Shown here: positions 60,706 to 64,000 of the stretch, in pieces
Layout of the letters: the number at the start of each line of letters is the position of its first letter
How positions within the stretch are numbered: the stretch's first letter is position 1
Source: Rhodoglobus sp.
GTDB taxonomy: Bacteria > Actinomycetota > Actinomycetes > Actinomycetales > Microbacteriaceae
DNA length: 64,000 nucleotides
Direction: 5' to 3'
Assembly: GCA_965227655.1 (NCBI GenBank)
Contig: OZ245765.1
Span: 2,393,724-2,457,723, forward strand
The notes under the pieces: generated by a model
Database searches by the model: none
Seen by the model: the letters and a program-made list of their open reading frames with translations, nothing else
Told to the model about the DNA's origin: nothing
Program-made: the position numbers and the translations under genes

Positions 60706-60733
60706 CTAACGGCGCTGACGAAACCGCCGATAG
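60706..60733 (+). promoter_or_regulatory. Sigma-28-type promoter of the flgB operon
   Basis: CTAAC-N16-CCGATAG. Confidence 0.7.
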
Positions 60734-60741
60734 GTACAACA

Positions 60742-60780
60742 GAGCACGGATAGCTCGATATCACCGGCCACGGATTGGCC
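60742..60780 (+). promoter_or_regulatory. Two hairpins with ACGGA at the apex (CsrA-like) in the flgB leader
   Basis: GAGC-ACGGATA-GCTC and GGCCA-CGGAT-TGGCC. Confidence 0.55.
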
Positions 60781-60812
60781 TTTCCTTCACACGTACGTAG
60801 GGAACGCAATCC

Positions 60813-61154
60813 GTGTTCGATTCGGTAACCATGAATGCACTCACCAGTGCACTGGATGGTCTTTCCGCGCGCCAGCGTGCGATCGCGAACAACATCGCGA
60901 ACGTGAACACCCCCGGATACCACGCGCAGCGTGTCTCGTTCGAAGAGGCCCTCGCGAAGTCCGTGAAAGAGGGAAGCGGCGACGTCGCCCCGACCACGAA
61001 GAGCTCCCTCGACCCCACGCGCCTCGACGGCAACAACGTCAACCTCGACACCGAGACCCTCTCGAACATCGACACGGTCCTGCGCTTCCAGTTCGCGTCG
61101 AACGCGACGAGCGCCCAGTTCAACTACGTCCGCGCAGCCCTGGGAGGCAACTGA
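60813..61154 (+). CDS. flgB: Flagellar basal-body rod protein FlgB
   Basis: RQRAIANNIANVNTPGY, DGNNVNLDTE. Confidence 0.95.
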   Translation: MFDSVTMNALTSALDGLSARQRAIANNIANVNTPGYHAQRVSFEEALAKSVKEGSGDVAPTTKSSLDPTRLDGNNVNLDTETLSNIDTVLRFQFASNATSAQFNYVRAALGGN

Positions 61155-61546
61155 TGGCTACTGACGCGATCGCGATCGCCGGCACCGCACTCACGGTGCA
61201 CCGTAAATGGCTCGACGCCATCTCGGACAACATCGCCAACGTCAACACCGTCCGTTCGACGAACGAGGAGGCCTTCAAGGCCCACTACGTCATCGCGCGC
61301 GCCGGCGAGGGAACCACGGGCGTCTACGTCGAAGGCGGTGCGTACTCCAACTCGGAGGGCCGCATGGTCTACGAGCCCGACCATCCCCTCGCCGACGAGA
61401 AGGGCTACGTGCGCTACCCCGACATCGACCTCGGCCAGCAGATGGGCGACCTCATCATGGCCCAGCGCGGCTACGAGGCCAACGCCGCCGTCGTCGACCG
61501 CGCGAAGACCGCCTACGAGGCAGCGATCCAGATCGGCAGCCGCTAG
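61154..61546 (+). CDS. flgC: Flagellar basal-body rod protein FlgC
   Basis: DNIANVNT, YEPDHPLADEKGYVRYPDID, AQRGYEAN. Confidence 0.95.
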   Translation: MATDAIAIAGTALTVHRKWLDAISDNIANVNTVRSTNEEAFKAHYVIARAGEGTTGVYVEGGAYSNSEGRMVYEPDHPLADEKGYVRYPDIDLGQQMGDLIMAQRGYEANAAVVDRAKTAYEAAIQIGSR

Positions 61547-61845
61547 TGGTCCTCCCCGTCACCGCCGTCTCCGGCGTCGCCCCCAGCCAGTACCTCACCG
61601 GTGCGCAGCAGACTTCCGGCACCACCACCGACTTCGGTTCGGTGTTCGCGGGCGCCGTCGACAACCTGCAGCAGCTCCAGTCGACCTCGGACACCCTCGC
61701 GGTCAAGGCCGTCACGGGTGACCTCAACGACATCCATCAGGCCACCATCGCCGCCACGCGCGCGCAGGTGACCATGGAGGTCGTCGCCGCCGTCCGCAAC
61801 AAGGGCGTCGAGGCGTTCAACGAGATCATGAGAATGCAGGCCTGA
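61546..61845 (+). CDS. fliE: Flagellar hook-basal body protein FliE
   Basis: GDLNDIHQATIA...VRNKGVEAFNEIMRMQ; GTG start overlapping the flgC stop. Confidence 0.92.
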   Translation: MVLPVTAVSGVAPSQYLTGAQQTSGTTTDFGSVFAGAVDNLQQLQSTSDTLAVKAVTGDLNDIHQATIAATRAQVTMEVVAAVRNKGVEAFNEIMRMQA

Positions 61846-63485
61846 TGCCCAAGGAAGTCTCCGCCGCGTTCGGCCGGATCACCCACGCACTGCGGGAGTT
61901 CACTGTCGGCCAGCGCACCATCGCGATCATCGGCGTCGCCGTGCTCGTGGTCGGCGCCGTGGCGCTGGGCGCCTGGTTTACCCGTTCGACCTACTCCCCG
62001 TTGTTCTCGGGCCTCAGCGGCTCCGACGCGAGCGCGATCGTCGACCAGCTCGACGCCGACGGTGTCGCGTACCAGCTCACCGACGGCGGCCAGACCATCC
62101 TCGTGCCCGACTCCGAGGTCAATTCGGCCCGCCTCAAGGCCGCGGCCGCAGGCCTTCCGAGCCTCGACAACGGCGGCTACGCGCTTCTCGACGCCATGGG
62201 CGTCACGGCGTCCGAGTTCCAGCAGGATGTCACGTACAAGCGCGCGATCGAGGGCGAGCTCGCCTCCACCATCGAGTCGATCAAGGGTGTTCGCACCGCG
62301 TCGGTGAAGCTCGCCATCCCCGAGCAGTCGGTGTTCGTCTCGGAGAAGCAGGACCCGACGGCCTCCGTGTTCGTCGACACCGAGTCGGGCGTCACGCTCA
62401 GCACCGACCAGGTGCAGGCCATCACCCACCTCACCGCGGCATCCGTCGACGGCCTCACCCCCGAGAACGTCTCCGTGGTCTCCGCCGACGGCACCGTGCT
62501 CTCCGCGGTCGGGACCGGCACGACGGGCAACTCCGACCAGCAGGCCTCCACCTACGAGGATCGCGTGCGCTCGGCGGTGCAGGCGATGCTCGACCGCGTC
62601 GTCGGCGTCGGCAACGCCACGGTCGTCGTGGCCGCGAGCATGAGCCTGCAGTCCGGTCAGCGGGTCGAGGAGACCTTCACGACCCCCGAGGGCGAGCCCG
62701 CCCTGCAGGAGTCGACAACCAAACAGGACTACGCGGGAACGGGCTCCGGCACGGGCACGGGTGTTCTCGGCGCCGACAGCATCGCGGTTCCCACCGATAC
62801 CACCACGGGCGGCGACGGCACGTACACGAACGAGACGTCGAACCGCACCAACGCCATCAACAAGGTGACCGAGACCACGCAGATCCCCGCGGGCCAGGTC
62901 GAGCGCCAGACCGTCTCGGTCGCCGTCGACAAAGATGCAGCGGCCGGGATGAACGCGGCAACACTCGAGGGACTGGTCGCCGCCGCGGCGGGCATCAACG
63001 AAGACCGCGGCGACGCCGTCAAGGTCGAGCTCGTGAGCTTCGCGAAGGTGGACAGCGGCACCGCCGCCAGTGCCCTCGAGGAGGCCCGCGCGTCGGAGCT
63101 GCAGAGCAGCATCACCAAGATCATCACGACCGCCGTCCCTGTGGCGGGCGCGATCATCGTGCTAATCATCCTCATGAGCGGCATCCGCGGATACCGCAAG
63201 CGCAAGGAGAAGCAGGACGCGAAGGACCTCGGCGAGATGACCCAGGTGCGCGACGGCCTCGAAGCAAGCCAGGCCCAGGCGCTCGACGCCGCTGCCGCGG
63301 CGGGACTGCTGCCGCCCACCCAGCCTCTCGTCGCCGGCCCCTCGGCATTCGCCGAGTTCGGCCCCGATCTCGACGAGCCCGGTGTCGAGCGCATGCGCCA
63401 GGAGATCGACAGTCTCGCGGCCCAGAGCCCCGAGCGCATGGCCGAGCACCTGCGCAGCCTCATGGATGACAGGAGTCGTGCGTGA
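61845..63485 (+). CDS. fliF: Flagellar MS-ring protein
   Basis: YSPLFSGL..SDASAIV..L, GYALLD..GVTASEFQQ, IEGELASTI, two TM. Confidence 0.95.
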   Translation: MPKEVSAAFGRITHALREFTVGQRTIAIIGVAVLVVGAVALGAWFTRSTYSPLFSGLSGSDASAIVDQLDADGVAYQLTDGGQTILVPDSEVNSARLKAAAAGLPSLDNGGYALLDAMGVTASEFQQDVTYKRAIEGELASTIESIKGVRTASVKLAIPEQSVFVSEKQDPTASVFVDTESGVTLSTDQVQAITHLTAASVDGLTPENVSVVSADGTVLSAVGTGTTGNSDQQASTYEDRVRSAVQAMLDRVVGVGNATVVVAASMSLQSGQRVEETFTTPEGEPALQESTTKQDYAGTGSGTGTGVLGADSIAVPTDTTTGGDGTYTNETSNRTNAINKVTETTQIPAGQVERQTVSVAVDKDAAAGMNAATLEGLVAAAAGINEDRGDAVKVELVSFAKVDSGTAASALEEARASELQSSITKIITTAVPVAGAIIVLIILMSGIRGYRKRKEKQDAKDLGEMTQVRDGLEASQAQALDAAAAAGLLPPTQPLVAGPSAFAEFGPDLDEPGVERMRQEIDSLAAQSPERMAEHLRSLMDDRSRA

Positions 63486-64000
63486 GCACGATGACCGGCA
63501 TCGAGACTGCCGCCCTCGTCATCATGCAGATGTCGCAGGGGCACGCAGCTCAGGTGATGCGCCAGTTCTCAGAGGCCGAGGCCGAGGAGATCGCCGCGGA
63601 GATCATCCGCCTGCGCAAAGTCGAAGACGGCCACGCCGAGGCCGCGATAACGGAATTCCACGCTCGTACCCGAAGCGGGCGTGCGGATACCAAGGGAGGC
63701 CGCGACGCCGCGGCACTCCTCCTCGAGAGCGCGTTCGGGGAGGAGCGCGCAGCGGGCCTCATGGACCGCGCCGCCTCCGCTGCCGGGGGCTCGTTCGAGT
63801 TCATGGACACCGTCGACCCCTCGCACGTTGCCCGTGTCCTCGATGGCGAAGCCCCCGGCACCGTCGCCCTCGTTCTTGCGCACCTGCGCCCCGAGGTGGC
63901 CTCGCACGTGCTCGGAACCTTCAGCACGAGCATCCGGGCCGACATCGCCCAGGCCCTCGCCACCATGGGCACCCCCAATGCCGAGATCGTCGAGATCGTT
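63482..64000 (+). CDS. fliG: Flagellar motor switch protein FliG (5' part, runs off the window)
   Basis: Manual translation from GTG 63482: MTGIETAALVIMQM...AEEIAAEIIRL...GGRDAAALLLESAFGEERA...FEFMD; follows fliF. Confidence 0.9.
   Translation, partial: MSTMTGIETAALVIMQMSQGHAAQVMRQFSEAEAEEIAAEIIRLRKVEDGHAEAAITEFHARTRSGRADTKGGRDAAALLLESAFGEERAAGLMDRAASAAGGSFEFMDTVDPSHVARVLDGEAPGTVALVLAHLRPEVASHVLGTFSTSIRADIAQALATMGTPNAEIVEIV

Noticed and set aside
60734-60812. c-di-GMP riboswitch upstream of flgB
   Set aside because: No GEMM-type GNRA tetraloop/receptor architecture recognised; the hairpins fit CsrA-type loops better.

Overview
High-GC actinobacterial chromosome segment. Microbacteriaceae-like is an inference from RpoB/RpoC and gene content. 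In order: (1) 1-21.7 kb, a mixed housekeeping/accessory stretch (MMPL+MarR, Ca/H antiporter, lhr-nei, DEAD helicase, TetR, EVE, CGNR and others), much of it apparently leaderless. (2) 21.7-25.0 kb, a lower-GC two-gene class II lanthipeptide locus: a 78-aa Cys/Ser/Thr-rich precursor with an atypical leader plus an intact LanM, with no transporter, protease or regulator beside it. This is the best candidate for an undescribed system. (3) rpoB-rpoC. (4) 34.4-49.5 kb, an FHA / Ser-Thr kinase / giant Ig-FN3 surface protein / MoxR / DUF58 / pseudo-transglutaminase / FHA / PP2C operon. (5) A NarL-type two-component system with an extra kinase-like membrane protein. (6) 52.9-64 kb, the start of a flagellar cluster, with three matching sigma-28-type promoters (CTAAC-N16-CCGA) and paired CsrA-like ACGGA sites in the fliC and flgB leaders. 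No rRNA, tRNA, CRISPR array, transposase or integrase was recognised. All family calls come from motif recognition by eye; no database searches were run.
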